A stretch of 64,000 nt of DNA from Gemmatimonadales bacterium (GTDB lineage: Bacteria > Gemmatimonadota > Gemmatimonadetes > Gemmatimonadales > GWC2-71-9): contig JBIOXD010000050.1 in NCBI GenBank assembly GCA_044869265.1, positions 42,369 to 106,368 of the forward strand, in the 5' to 3' direction. The position numbers and the translations under genes were made by a program. The notes beneath the pieces were generated by a model. It ran no database searches. It was not told the DNA's origin and saw only the letters and a program-made list of their open reading frames with translations. Below, one piece after another: positions 17,763 through 27,633 of the stretch; within the stretch, counting starts at the first letter, position 1; each line of letters starts with the position of its first letter.

Positions 17763-19062
17763 TCGTGTAGATGGCGAGTCCGACGAGGCCGCCCACCAGC
17801 GTGCCGTTGATCCGTACAAATTGCAGATCTCTTCCCACCGCCAGCTCGAACCGCTTCGACGTCGCCTCCGGATCCCAACCCGCCACCGTCTGCGCAATCA
17901 AATCACCAATCTCGACCCGGTATTTCTCGACCACGCCGGCCGTGAGGTCGATCAGCAGATCGTCGATTTCGGCGAGGATGGCCGGATTCGACTGTAACGC
18001 GCGCCCGAACTCACTCAACCCATTGTCGAGCGGTGTTGAGGTGCCGGCGGGGGCGGTGCGGGCCGCCCCGTCGGCAAATTGTGTGACGGCCTCTTGAATG
18101 CCGTCCCACAACCGCTTGGACAGCTCCGCCGTGCCTTCGTCCATCAACCACTCTTCCTTCAGCGCTTCGGCGCGGGCAATCACTTCGGGCGAGTGCTGCA
18201 GGCGATCGATAAAGTCCTTGATCGCGTCGTCGAACGCGGTGCGCAGGGGATGTGATGGGTCCATGACCATATCCCCCAGCAGCCGTTCGACCGCCCCGAT
18301 GATCTTCTGATAGATCTTGTCATCCACCACCGGCGGAACCCACCAGGGCGTTTCCTCGCGGACGCGATCACGAATCACGTCGCGATTGTTCCGCACCGCG
18401 TCCGCGGCCAGCCGCACCGCAGCGTTGAGCAGCTCTTCCTGCCGGTTATCGGCGAGGGCCAGGGCGAGCGTCTTGCCCAGCGCGGGCGCGACCCGGAACG
18501 AGCGCACCCGGTTGCGCACAACCTGCCCCACCAGCTCCTGCACTTCGGCGCGGGGCAACGCTTCCAGGGTTTTCGCCAGCCCGCTGGCAAACTGCCGCGC
18601 GATCTGGCGCGCGTGGTCGCGGTCGGACAGCCAATGTGCCGCGCGCTCGGCGGGGTGGACGCGGCGCAGGTTCACGCTGATGACCTCGCGCGACAGGAAG
18701 TGCTTTTGCACGAACGTCCCGAGGATCTGCCCAATCCGCTCCTTGCGAGTGGCAACGATAGCGGTGTGGGGAATGGGAATGCCGAGCGGGTGTTTGAAGA
18801 GGGCGGTCACCGCGAACCAGTCAGCGAGGCCGCCCACGAGCGAGGCCTCCGCGGTCGCGCGCACGTAGCCGAGCCAGGGATACTGCGGCTCGAAGATCAT
18901 CGCCACGATGAAGACCACCAGCGCGACGCCCAGCAATCCGGTCGCCCGCAATTTCATCGCGTCTAAGCGGGCTTGGCGCTCCGCATCGTCGGGTCGGGAC
19001 CACTGCGGCGTCACCGCGCCTACCTGTTGCGCCTGTGGCGTCTCGCCGATCTGCTCAGGCAT
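17743..19062 (-). CDS. DUF445 family membrane protein
   Basis: ORF 17743..19506. The conserved region starts at MPEQIGE (ATG at 19062). GGLADWFAVTALFKHPLGIPIPHTAIV is the DUF445 hallmark. C-terminal INGTLVGGLVG transmembrane segment. Confidence 0.75.
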   Translation of the reverse strand: MPEQIGETPQAQQVGAVTPQWSRPDDAERQARLDAMKLRATGLLGVALVVFIVAMIFEPQYPWLGYVRATAEASLVGGLADWFAVTALFKHPLGIPIPHTAIVATRKERIGQILGTFVQKHFLSREVISVNLRRVHPAERAAHWLSDRDHARQIARQFASGLAKTLEALPRAEVQELVGQVVRNRVRSFRVAPALGKTLALALADNRQEELLNAAVRLAADAVRNNRDVIRDRVREETPWWVPPVVDDKIYQKIIGAVERLLGDMVMDPSHPLRTAFDDAIKDFIDRLQHSPEVIARAEALKEEWLMDEGTAELSKRLWDGIQEAVTQFADGAARTAPAGTSTPLDNGLSEFGRALQSNPAILAEIDDLLIDLTAGVVEKYRVEIGDLIAQTVAGWDPEATSKRFELAVGRDLQFVRINGTLVGGLVGLAIYTISRLLH

Positions 19063-19123
19063 AGACGGCAAGATAAAGCCCCCACTTGGTTTCAGGGTAT
19101 TCGCCATGTAGCTTGCTACGCTT

Positions 19124-20476
19124 ATGTTTACGGCCCTTTCCGAGGATCTGACCGGCGTACTGAACCGGCTCAGGGGCCGCGGGGTGCTCTCGGAAGGCGA
19201 CGTCACCGACGCGCTGCGTGAGATCCGTCGCCACCTGCTCGAAGCCGACGTGAGCTTCGAGGTCACGCGCGGATTCGTCGACAGAGTTCGCGAGAAGGCG
19301 ACCGGCGCGCTCCAGGTCAAGGCCGTCAGCCCCGGCCAACAGATCACCAAGCTCGTGCATGACGAGCTCGCGCGTATGCTCGGCGCGACGGATGAGTCTT
19401 TGGCGCGCGGAGTGGGGGTCCAGAACGCTGCACCTCTGCAATTCGCGACTGTAGGCCCAACGGTAGTTCTGCTCGTGGGGTTGCAGGGATCGGGAAAAAC
19501 GACCACCGCGGCGAAGCTCGCGCGGCGGCTGAAGCTGGAACAGAAAGCACCTGCGCTGGTCGCGGCTGATATCTATCGGCCCGCGGCCGCGGAGCAGCTG
19601 CGGCAGCTCGGGCAGCAGATTGGGGTGCCGGTTCTGGGCGCCCGACCGGAGAATGTAGGCGCGCAGCATGCTGCGCCCGTACCAAGCCTGGTCAAGGACG
19701 CGCTGCGTGAAGCCGAGTCGGCGCGCGCACGCACAGTGATCGTCGACACCGCCGGCCGGCTGCAGATCGACGCTGAGATGATGGATGAGCTGCGCGCGGT
19801 GAGGGACGCGGTGAAGCCGCGCGAAATCCTGCTCGTCGCCGACGGCATGACGGGGCAGGACGCGGTCAAGATCGCCAAGGGGTTTCACGACGGTGTCGGA
19901 CTGACCGGCGTGATCCTGACGAAGCTCGACGGCGATACGCGTGGCGGCGCCGCGTTGTCCATTCACGGCGTGACGGCGGTGCCGATCAAGTACATCGGCG
20001 TCGGGGAAAAGACCGACGCGCTGGAGCCGTTCGATCCCGTTCGCATGGCGGGACGGATTCTGGGGCAGGGGGACGTCGTCGCGCTGGTGGAAAAGGCTGT
20101 TGCGAACGTCGATGCGGAAGCTGCCAAGCGCCTGGAACAGAAGGTCAAGTCCAAGAAGGGCATGGACCTTCAGGATTTTCTGGTGGCGCTGAAGCAGATG
20201 CAGAACATGGGACCGCTCAAGCAGGTGCTCGGACTCCTGCCGGGGATCAACGCGAAGGCGTTGCAGGGCGTTTCGATGGACGACAAGCGTCTCAAGCATG
20301 TCGAGGCCATCGTCCTCTCGATGACCCCTGCGGAACGGGCCGATCCGAGCATGCTGAACGGCAATCGCAAGCTGCGGATCGCCAAAGGATCGGGACGGAC
20401 AGTCCAGGACGTGAATCGGCTGCTGGAACAGTTCCAGCAGATGCGCAAGCTCAGCAAGTTCATGAAAAGGATGTAG
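19124..20476 (+). CDS. ffh: Signal recognition particle protein Ffh
   Basis: MFTALSEDLTGVLNRLRG, GLQGSGKTTT, DTAGR, TKLDGD and a Met-rich M-domain tail. Confidence 0.97.
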   Translation: MFTALSEDLTGVLNRLRGRGVLSEGDVTDALREIRRHLLEADVSFEVTRGFVDRVREKATGALQVKAVSPGQQITKLVHDELARMLGATDESLARGVGVQNAAPLQFATVGPTVVLLVGLQGSGKTTTAAKLARRLKLEQKAPALVAADIYRPAAAEQLRQLGQQIGVPVLGARPENVGAQHAAPVPSLVKDALREAESARARTVIVDTAGRLQIDAEMMDELRAVRDAVKPREILLVADGMTGQDAVKIAKGFHDGVGLTGVILTKLDGDTRGGAALSIHGVTAVPIKYIGVGEKTDALEPFDPVRMAGRILGQGDVVALVEKAVANVDAEAAKRLEQKVKSKKGMDLQDFLVALKQMQNMGPLKQVLGLLPGINAKALQGVSMDDKRLKHVEAIVLSMTPAERADPSMLNGNRKLRIAKGSGRTVQDVNRLLEQFQQMRKLSKFMKRM

Positions 20477-20485
20477 GGACACGTT

Positions 20486-20749
20486 ATGGCAACTCGTATT
20501 CGTCTGCGTCGGGTGGGTCGGAAGGGGCAGGCCTTTTTCCGCATCGTGGTCGCCGACTCGAGATCGCCGCGCGATGGGCGGTTCGTGGCCACGATCGGCA
20601 ACTACAACCCCAAGGCCAAGCCGGCGGTGATCGAAGTGAACGCCGAGCAGGCGCGGGCCTGGCTCGAGAAGGGCGCGATGCCGACCGACACGGTGCGCTC
20701 GCTCCTGAAGAAGGCCGGCGTACTGGGCAAACGGGCGCCCGCCGCGTAG
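20486..20749 (+). CDS. rpsP: 30S ribosomal protein S16
   Basis: MATRIRLRRVGRKGQAFFRIVVADSRSPRDGRF. Confidence 0.97.
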   Translation: MATRIRLRRVGRKGQAFFRIVVADSRSPRDGRFVATIGNYNPKAKPAVIEVNAEQARAWLEKGAMPTDTVRSLLKKAGVLGKRAPAA

Positions 20750-21003
20750 TCGGGCGGCTGCGCAAGCCGCACGGCCAGCAGGGGGAAGTCGCGGTGATCC
20801 CCCTCGTGGAGAACCCGGGAACGGTGTTCGTGCCCAAGGCGCGGCTGTACATCGTGAACGAGGCGCGGGACGTGGTGGCGGGTCCGCTCGTGGTAACGCG
20901 CCGCCGCGCTTATCACCGCGAGTGGCTGCTGGGATTCGAAGGCGTGACGTCGCGGGCCGCGGTCGATAGCTGGCGCGATCAACTCGTGGCGGTGGACGAA
21001 TAG
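20749..21003 (+). CDS. rimM: RimM-like 16S rRNA processing protein: N-terminal domain only, start codon unresolved
   Basis: The frame reads VGRLRKPHGQQGEVAVIPLVENPG...WLLGFEGVTSRAAVDSWRDQLVAV, matching the RimM N-domain, in the expected rpsP-rimM-trmD position. The first canonical start is the GTG at 20794, after the conserved VGR..HG..GEV block. No PRC-barrel domain is encoded. Confidence 0.6.
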   Translation, partial: VGRLRKPHGQQGEVAVIPLVENPGTVFVPKARLYIVNEARDVVAGPLVVTRRRAYHREWLLGFEGVTSRAAVDSWRDQLVAVDE

Positions 21004-21684
21004 ATGTTGCGGATCAATGTGGTGACCCTGTTTCCCGAATGGTTCGCGGCACCGCTGGGCTCGAGCATTCTGGGAAGAGCGGCGAAGGCAAAGCTTGTGA
21101 CGTATCGGGTCGTGCAGCTACGTGATTACACGCACGACAGGCACCAGACGGTGGACGACACGCCGTACGGTGGCGGCGCTGGAATGGTGCTAAAACCTGA
21201 ACCGTTCTTTGAAGCCGTGGAGGATTTGCGAGCCAAACCGCCGATCGTGTTGCTCTCGGCGCGCGGCACCCCGTTCACGCACGAGCGTGCGGTCCGGTAC
21301 GCGGTCGGCGCGGAGCTGACGTTGTTGTGCGGGCATTACAAGGACGTCGATCAGCGCGTGGCGGACGGGTTGGGCGCGGACGAAATGTCGATCGGCGATT
21401 TCGTGCTGTCGGGCGGTGAGCCCGCCGCGCTGTGTGTCATCGATGCGGTGGTGCGGCTCCTCCCTGGCGCGATCGGAGATCATGAATCGGCGTCGACCGA
21501 TTCGCATTATGAAGGACTCCTGGCGCCGCCCAGCTACACGCGGCCACCCAGCTATCGCGGGCTCGACGTCCCGGACGTATTGTTGAGCGGCGACCACGAC
21601 AAGATCGCGGCATGGCGGGAGGCGCAAGCCGAACGCCTGACGCGCGAACGGCGGCCGGATCTCTGGTCGCAACATGGAGAGTAG
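21004..21684 (+). CDS. trmD: tRNA (guanine37-N1)-methyltransferase
   Basis: [44 protein letters not shown]. Confidence 0.96.
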   Translation: MLRINVVTLFPEWFAAPLGSSILGRAAKAKLVTYRVVQLRDYTHDRHQTVDDTPYGGGAGMVLKPEPFFEAVEDLRAKPPIVLLSARGTPFTHERAVRYAVGAELTLLCGHYKDVDQRVADGLGADEMSIGDFVLSGGEPAALCVIDAVVRLLPGAIGDHESASTDSHYEGLLAPPSYTRPPSYRGLDVPDVLLSGDHDKIAAWREAQAERLTRERRPDLWSQHGE

Positions 21685-21686
21685 TT

Positions 21687-22094
21687 ATGGAGAAGTTACG
21701 GGCAGTCGAGCGTGAAGGGCTCAAGACCGACATCCCAGCTTTTGCTCCTGGCGACACGCTGCGCGTCATGGTGCGCGTGCGCGAGGGTGAGAAAGAGCGG
21801 CTCCAGGCGTTTGAAGGCATTTGCATCGCGCGGCGGGGCGGCGGCATCAACGAGACCTTCACGGTGCGGAAGATCTCGGCCGGCGTCGGCGTCGAGCGGA
21901 TTTTCCCGCTGCATGCGCCGTCGATCGCCGAGATCGGCCTCACCCGTAAGGGTCGCGTCCGGCGCGCCAAGCTGTATTTCCTGCGCCGTCTGGCCGGCAA
22001 AGCCGCCCGCATCCGCGAGAAGCGGGGCGCTGCTGGGGGAGCGCAAGGGATCACCGTCCCCGAGACGCCGGAACAGGAGCAGTCGCAGGCGTGA
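21687..22094 (+). CDS. rplS: 50S ribosomal protein L19
   Basis: The ATG at 21687 gives MEKLRAVE...[38 protein letters not shown]. The ORF-track start at 21612 overlaps trmD. Confidence 0.95.
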   Translation: MEKLRAVEREGLKTDIPAFAPGDTLRVMVRVREGEKERLQAFEGICIARRGGGINETFTVRKISAGVGVERIFPLHAPSIAEIGLTRKGRVRRAKLYFLRRLAGKAARIREKRGAAGGAQGITVPETPEQEQSQA

Positions 22095-22732
22095 GACGCC
22101 GCCGCCCGTCGTTGAAACGCGAGGCGGCGTTGTGGAGTGAAGGACGAATCAGCGTCGCCGGGATTGACGAAGTCGGCCGCGGTCCACTGGCCGGTCCAGT
22201 GGTCGCCGCGGCCGTCGTGTTTCCGATGGGCGTCAAGCCGATTCGCGGTCTCAACGACTCGAAGGTACTCAGCGCGGCGCAGCGCGAACGGTTCGTCCCG
22301 AAGATCCGCGAGCGGGCGTTTGCCGTCGCCGTCGGCGCCGCGAGCGTGCGTGAAATCGATCGCCTGAACATTCGCCGGGCGTCGATCCTCGCCATGGAGC
22401 GCGCGTTGGGTCGGCTCGGCTTCGCGCCGGCGTACGTCCTCATCGACGGATTGCCATGTCCCGAGCTGGGCTGCGAGCACGAGGCCATCGTGGACGGAGA
22501 CGCGCGCTGCCATTCGATCGCGGCGGCCTCGATCATCGCCAAGGTGCTGCGCGACTACCTCATGGACCGCCTGGCCGTGCGGCATCCCGGCTATTGCTGG
22601 GAAACCAACAAAGGGTACGCGACACCCGAGCATCTCGAAGCGATTCAGCGGCTCGGACCCACGCGCCATCACCGCTTCAGCTTCGAGCCGGTCTCGCAGA
22701 TCGAGCTGTTAGCGGTTTCGAGCGCGACGTAG
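22091..22732 (+). CDS. rnhB: Ribonuclease HII
   Basis: [33 protein letters not shown] motifs. GTGA overlap with rplS. Confidence 0.92.
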   Translation: MRRRRPSLKREAALWSEGRISVAGIDEVGRGPLAGPVVAAAVVFPMGVKPIRGLNDSKVLSAAQRERFVPKIRERAFAVAVGAASVREIDRLNIRRASILAMERALGRLGFAPAYVLIDGLPCPELGCEHEAIVDGDARCHSIAAASIIAKVLRDYLMDRLAVRHPGYCWETNKGYATPEHLEAIQRLGPTRHHRFSFEPVSQIELLAVSSAT

Positions 22733-24436
22733 ACCCTTCAGAAAGTCCGGCAGCGGCCGCGTATTGAGGATGTCGGCCGCGGTCAGCCACGCGCGCCGCG
22801 CGTTCCCGACGGCAAACCGCATGAAGCCGAGCTCGCGCGTGTTGTGCGCGTCGGTCGAGAGCACGAACCGCACACCGTGCGATTTGGCAGCCGCCGCCAG
22901 GGTATCGGGCAAGTCGAGCCGCTCGCTGCCGTTGATCTCCAGCAGGCACTTCGCCTTTGCCGCGGCTTTCGCTACCACGTCGAAGTCGAGCGGGTAGGAA
23001 GGCCGGTTCGGAAGGATTCTCCCCGTCGGATGGCCGATCGCGTCCACCCAGCGATTCGCGATGGCCGCGAGCAGGCGATCGGTCAACTGTCGCTCCGTCT
23101 GTTTCAGGCCGTAGTGAATCGTCGCCACCACGTAGTCGGCCTCGGCGAGCACATCGTCGGGGAGATCGAGCTTGCCGCTCTCCAGGATGTCCATTTCGAC
23201 GCTTTTCAGAACCCGAAACCCGCGCATGCCCTTGTTCAATCGATCGATCACCTTCCATTGGGCGCGCAGCTCGGCTGGGCTTTGACCAGCCATCGCTGTC
23301 CGCGGCGAATGATCGGTGATCGCGATGTACGCAAGCCCGAGTGACCGCGCGGCCTCGACCATCTCGCCGAGAGTCGCTTTGCCGTCGCTCGCGTCGGTAT
23401 GCATCTGCAGATCACCGCGGATATCGTCGAGCACCACGAGTTCGGGCAGCCGGTGCTCCTTGGCGAGCGCGATTTCGCCGCGGTTCTCGCGCATCTCGGG
23501 TGGGATCCAATCGAGTCCCAGGGCCGCGTACACCTCTTGTTCGGTCCGGCCAGAAATGGATTTCGCGCCCTTGAACACGCCGTACTCGTTGAGCTTGAGA
23601 TCCTTGCTCTGGGCGATCTTGCGCAGCTCGATGTTGTGCGCCTGAGAGCCGGTGAAGTATTGCATCGCGGCGCCGAAGCAGCCGGGCTCGACAACGCGAA
23701 GATCGACCTGCAGTCCGCCCGAAAGGCGTACCGTGGACCGGGTGTCGCCCTGGGACGCGACCTGCGTGACGTCGCCGAACCTCCCGAACCGCTCGATGAC
23801 CGCTGCTGGCTTGGTGCAGCTGACGACGATATCGAGGTCCCCGATAGTTTCCTTGCGCCGCCGGAAGCTGCCCGCGACATCGATGTCGGTAATCCCGCCC
23901 CCTGCCTGCAAATGCTCCACGATCGCGCGCGCATACTGCTCCGCCACGTGCAGGACGATTCGCTTCGGGCCCTCTCCCGCGGCGGCACTGGCGACGCCCT
24001 CGCGAAGCTTGTCCAGCAGCTTCGGTCCGAATCCGCCCAGCTTGGCGATCTTGCCCTGCTCGAGCGCTGCCTTGAGATCGGCGACGCTGTTCACCTTCAA
24101 CTGGTCATGAAACAGTTTGACGCGTTTGGGGCCGAGACCGGGGATCCGGAGCAGATCGAGGAGTCCAGGTGGTATCGTCGCGACGAGCTGTTGGCGTTGC
24201 GGGAGCGTGCCGGTCACGACGAGCGCAGTAATCTCTTTCGCGATGCCCCCCCCGATCCCCGGCAGGTCCGTCAAATCGAACTCGCCGCCTTTCACCAGCT
24301 CCGCGAGCGGATCGGGGTGATCCGCGACGGTGCGCGCGGCGTTACGGTACGCACGAACCTTGAAGGGATTTCCCTCCGAGATCTCCAACAGGTCGGCGAC
24401 TTCTCCCAGCAAACGAGCGATGTCGGCGTTCTGCAT
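22709..24436 (-). CDS. polX: Family X DNA polymerase with C-terminal PHP domain (PolX)
   Basis: MQNADIARLLGEVADLLEISEGNPFKVRAYRNAAR N-terminus, HhH motifs, GSFRRRKETIGDLDIVV, and PHP-domain motifs (LQMHTDASDG, DHSP, STDAH). Confidence 0.92.
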   Translation of the reverse strand: MQNADIARLLGEVADLLEISEGNPFKVRAYRNAARTVADHPDPLAELVKGGEFDLTDLPGIGGGIAKEITALVVTGTLPQRQQLVATIPPGLLDLLRIPGLGPKRVKLFHDQLKVNSVADLKAALEQGKIAKLGGFGPKLLDKLREGVASAAAGEGPKRIVLHVAEQYARAIVEHLQAGGGITDIDVAGSFRRRKETIGDLDIVVSCTKPAAVIERFGRFGDVTQVASQGDTRSTVRLSGGLQVDLRVVEPGCFGAAMQYFTGSQAHNIELRKIAQSKDLKLNEYGVFKGAKSISGRTEQEVYAALGLDWIPPEMRENRGEIALAKEHRLPELVVLDDIRGDLQMHTDASDGKATLGEMVEAARSLGLAYIAITDHSPRTAMAGQSPAELRAQWKVIDRLNKGMRGFRVLKSVEMDILESGKLDLPDDVLAEADYVVATIHYGLKQTERQLTDRLLAAIANRWVDAIGHPTGRILPNRPSYPLDFDVVAKAAAKAKCLLEINGSERLDLPDTLAAAAKSHGVRFVLSTDAHNTRELGFMRFAVGNARRAWLTAADILNTRPLPDFLKGLRRARNR

Positions 24437-24441
24437 CTAAT

Positions 24442-24540
24442 CGAGGGCGGTCGAGGGCGGACGATGGCGGGCGAGGGTGTCAAGCAGCACATAGAAAGCT
24501 ACCGCCGTTGACCGCCTTCTACCGCCCTTGACCGCCCATT
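24442..24540. repeat. Two facing arrays of four 10-bp units (CGAGGGCGGN x4, ~20-bp centre, then ACCGCCNTTG-type x4)
   Basis: tcgagggcgg tcgagggcgg acgatggcgg gcgagggtgt ... accgccgttg accgccttct accgcccttg accgcccatt, in the polX / TonB-receptor divergent intergenic region. Confidence 0.9.
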
Positions 24541-24600
24541 TCTCCAGTGATACGCTAGCCCCTCCCGAAAACCACACCTCAACCCGTCGGAGGCCGACGC

Positions 24601-27600
24601 ATGCTGCGCAAGCTTCTGGGGCCGGTGTTCCTGGCTCTCGCGTTTCCCGTCGTTCTCGCCGCGCAATCGCAGGCTACGACCGGTGTCGTTCGCGGTACGG
24701 TCACGGATCCAGGCGGCGCGCCGGTTGCGGGCGCTACAGTGAGTCTGCGCGAAACGCAAACCGGCTTTCAACGGCAGGTCACGAGCAACGAGCGTGGCAT
24801 CTTCATCGCTTCGCTCCTTCCGCTCGGCACGTACGAGATCACGGCACGCGCTGTCGGCTTCGGCGAGTCGCGCCGTACTGGGGTTCGAGTAGGCGTCGGC
24901 GAGACCCTGAATCTGAACCTTCAGCTCGCGGCGGTGACGCTGCAGGCGGTGGTCGTCGAAGCGACGCAGCCGATCGTCGAGGTGACCAAGGTGGAGAGCT
25001 CGACCCGCCTGCCCGAGGAAGCGGTGGCGCGTCTGCCCAATAACGGGCGTAACTACCTGAACCTCACGCTCTTGACGCCCGGCGTGGCGGTCGTGCAAGG
25101 GCCGGACGGCGACGAGATCTCCATCGCCGGCCAGAAGGGAATCCATAACAACGTGTCGGTCGATGGGGCCGACTTCAACAATCCGTTCTTCGGCGAGCAG
25201 CGCGGAGGTCAACGTCCGCCATTCACATTCAACCTGGACGCTGTCGAGGAGATGGTGGTCACTGCGAACGGTGCCAACGCCGAGTTCGGGCGCTCGGGCG
25301 GCGGGTTCGTGAACGTGGTGACCAAGTCGGGGACCAACGAGCTCCATGGATCGTTGCACTATTACGGCAAGGACGGCGCGCTCTCGGGCCAGCCGCATTT
25401 CCAGGACGTGACGTTGCCGGCGCCCGACTTCACGCAGCACCAATTCGGATTCACACTCGGCGGACCGATCAAGCGCGACAAGGCTTTCTTCTTTGTCGCG
25501 TACGATCAGCAGATCTTCGACGAGGTGAAGCAGACCGATCCCAACCGCATCGATCCCGCGTTGCGTGCCTGGATGGACACAGCGTTCGGCGGCGCGCTGG
25601 CGGGCGATTACGGTCCGATTTCACGAACCAACGATGCACGCGCGCTACTGGCAAAGCTCGATTTCAACCTCTCGGATCGGCACCGTGCATCGCTGAAGTA
25701 CAACTACAGCTGGTCGGAGCAGGTGAACGGCACATTCGACGTCGACAGCTGGGCTCGCAGCGCGAATGGGTTGGAGCGGGATCACTCGAACGCAATCAAT
25801 GGCAGCCTCATGTCGATCCTGTCGCCGCGCGTCTCGAACGAGTTCCGCTTCCAGTTTTCGCGTGAAGACCGGCCGCGTCCGTACGGCGGTCCCCGGAGCA
25901 CGCTGCTGGGGGCTGACCCGACCGGCACAGGCGATCGGCCGTTCCCCGACGTCGCAATGGACTTCGCGAACGGGTATCGGTTCGGCCTGCCGTTCTTCCT
26001 GCCGATCGACTACTACGACACGCGGATCCAGGTCCTGGACAACATCTCGTTTCAGAAAGGGGACCACTTCTTCAAGGTGGGTGCCGAGTACAACCGGGTG
26101 AACTCGGTGCAGACGTTCATCGGGTTCTCGAACAGCCGCTACATCTTCAGCTCGGTGCAGGGATTCCTGAATTATGTCGGGAGCGACTCCCTCTACGTCG
26201 AATGCTCCGACGGCTCGTCGAACTTTACCGGCGCCTGCCCCGGCACCACCACGATCACCGGCCCCGTGCTGCTATATCTGCAACAGGCCGGCGTGGACCG
26301 GTCGGTGCGCGAGGCCGGCACGCAGGAAATCCCGCAGACCGAGCTCGCAATCTACATCCAGGACACGTGGAAGCCCAATTCCAAGTGGCTGTTCAACTAC
26401 GGGTTCCGTTGGGAAGCACAGATCCAGCCGGGCTTGTTGTCGCCGCGCGACTCAGTGTATTACGCCGTCTACTACGATTCGACTGTGACCAACTCAAACG
26501 GAACGTTCCGCTTCCCGTCGGACGGCACAATCCCGTCTGACAAGAAGATGTTCCAACCGCGGCTGGGCGTCACGTTTGACCCCAAAGGGGACGGCCGTCA
26601 GGTGTGGCGGGCCAACGCGGGGATCTACTACGCACGCATACCAGGGTTGAACCTGGCATCCACGCGATCGACGGACGGTTACCGCGGCGTCACGCTGTTC
26701 GGCTCGAGCGCGACGGTGGGATTTCTCCCGCCGCCATCCTTCCCGAACCTGTTCCCGTCGAACGTGCCGCTGGCGTCAGTCGCATTCCCTTCGGTGTTCG
26801 TGTTCGATCGCAACTTCTCAAACCCGCGTACCATCACCGCGACGCTGGGCTACGAGCGGCAGATCGGGGGCGATCTCGGGCTGCTGCTCAGCTACACGCA
26901 TGCGAAGACCGATCACAACACGCGCTTCATCGACCGCAACGCGGCGGTCTTCGGCGCCCCGTTCGGCACCGGGCCGCGTGCGCTGTCGACCCTGACGACG
27001 GTTGAGGCAAGCGCCAAGTCCAACTACAACGGCGTCACCGTGGGTCTGCGGCGCGTGCTCGACCCCAACTTCCAATTCCAGGCGAACTACACGCTGTCGT
27101 GGGACAAGTCGGACGACGACAACGAGCGGGATCCGTTCACCTTCCGGTACGCGCGCGCGGATAACCTGGCTCCAGAATACAACTGGAGCGATCGCGACCA
27201 GCGGCACCGGTTCAATGGCTGGGTGCTCAAGCACATCGGCGGCGGCCTGTTCCTCAACAGCCGCCTGAGCATCTACTCGGCACAGCCCACCTCGGAGAGC
27301 TGCGGCCCCAGCCCCTTCAGCCCCTTCGCGCCGCCGAGGGGCCAGCGCGCGACCTCTCCCGCCGATCGCAATTGTGCCGACGGCTCCGTCCTGACGCGCA
27401 ACACGATGCGCAAGGACAACGACTATCTCTCACTGGACCTGGGTCTGACGTGGCCATTCAGCATCGGTCGCGGCCGTATGGAAGTGATCGCGCAGATGTT
27501 CAACGTGACTGGCTCGGCCAACTTCAAGGATCCCGCGGCGACGAGCTTGCTGTTCAACTTCGACGGCACGCTGCGCAGCGGGTACGGTGATCCGCAACAG

Positions 27601-27630
27601 GCGCAGCTCGGGGTGCATTACGTGTTCTGA
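24601..27630 (+). CDS. TonB-dependent receptor, Oar-like (carboxypeptidase-regulatory N-domain, plug, large beta-barrel)
   Basis: Signal peptide. TTGVVRGTVTDPGGAPVAGATVSLRETQTG (CarboxypepD_reg), then NYLNLTLLTPGV...QKGIHNNVSVDGADFNN plug-like region. 1009 aa, C-terminal ...LGVHYVF. Confidence 0.85.
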   Translation: MLRKLLGPVFLALAFPVVLAAQSQATTGVVRGTVTDPGGAPVAGATVSLRETQTGFQRQVTSNERGIFIASLLPLGTYEITARAVGFGESRRTGVRVGVGETLNLNLQLAAVTLQAVVVEATQPIVEVTKVESSTRLPEEAVARLPNNGRNYLNLTLLTPGVAVVQGPDGDEISIAGQKGIHNNVSVDGADFNNPFFGEQRGGQRPPFTFNLDAVEEMVVTANGANAEFGRSGGGFVNVVTKSGTNELHGSLHYYGKDGALSGQPHFQDVTLPAPDFTQHQFGFTLGGPIKRDKAFFFVAYDQQIFDEVKQTDPNRIDPALRAWMDTAFGGALAGDYGPISRTNDARALLAKLDFNLSDRHRASLKYNYSWSEQVNGTFDVDSWARSANGLERDHSNAINGSLMSILSPRVSNEFRFQFSREDRPRPYGGPRSTLLGADPTGTGDRPFPDVAMDFANGYRFGLPFFLPIDYYDTRIQVLDNISFQKGDHFFKVGAEYNRVNSVQTFIGFSNSRYIFSSVQGFLNYVGSDSLYVECSDGSSNFTGACPGTTTITGPVLLYLQQAGVDRSVREAGTQEIPQTELAIYIQDTWKPNSKWLFNYGFRWEAQIQPGLLSPRDSVYYAVYYDSTVTNSNGTFRFPSDGTIPSDKKMFQPRLGVTFDPKGDGRQVWRANAGIYYARIPGLNLASTRSTDGYRGVTLFGSSATVGFLPPPSFPNLFPSNVPLASVAFPSVFVFDRNFSNPRTITATLGYERQIGGDLGLLLSYTHAKTDHNTRFIDRNAAVFGAPFGTGPRALSTLTTVEASAKSNYNGVTVGLRRVLDPNFQFQANYTLSWDKSDDDNERDPFTFRYARADNLAPEYNWSDRDQRHRFNGWVLKHIGGGLFLNSRLSIYSAQPTSESCGPSPFSPFAPPRGQRATSPADRNCADGSVLTRNTMRKDNDYLSLDLGLTWPFSIGRGRMEVIAQMFNVTGSANFKDPAATSLLFNFDGTLRSGYGDPQQAQLGVHYVF

Positions 27631-27633
27631 TAC

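Noticed and set aside
19055-20482. 475-aa ORF on the minus strand
   Set aside because: It is exactly antisense to ffh, whose identity is unambiguous. Shadow ORF.
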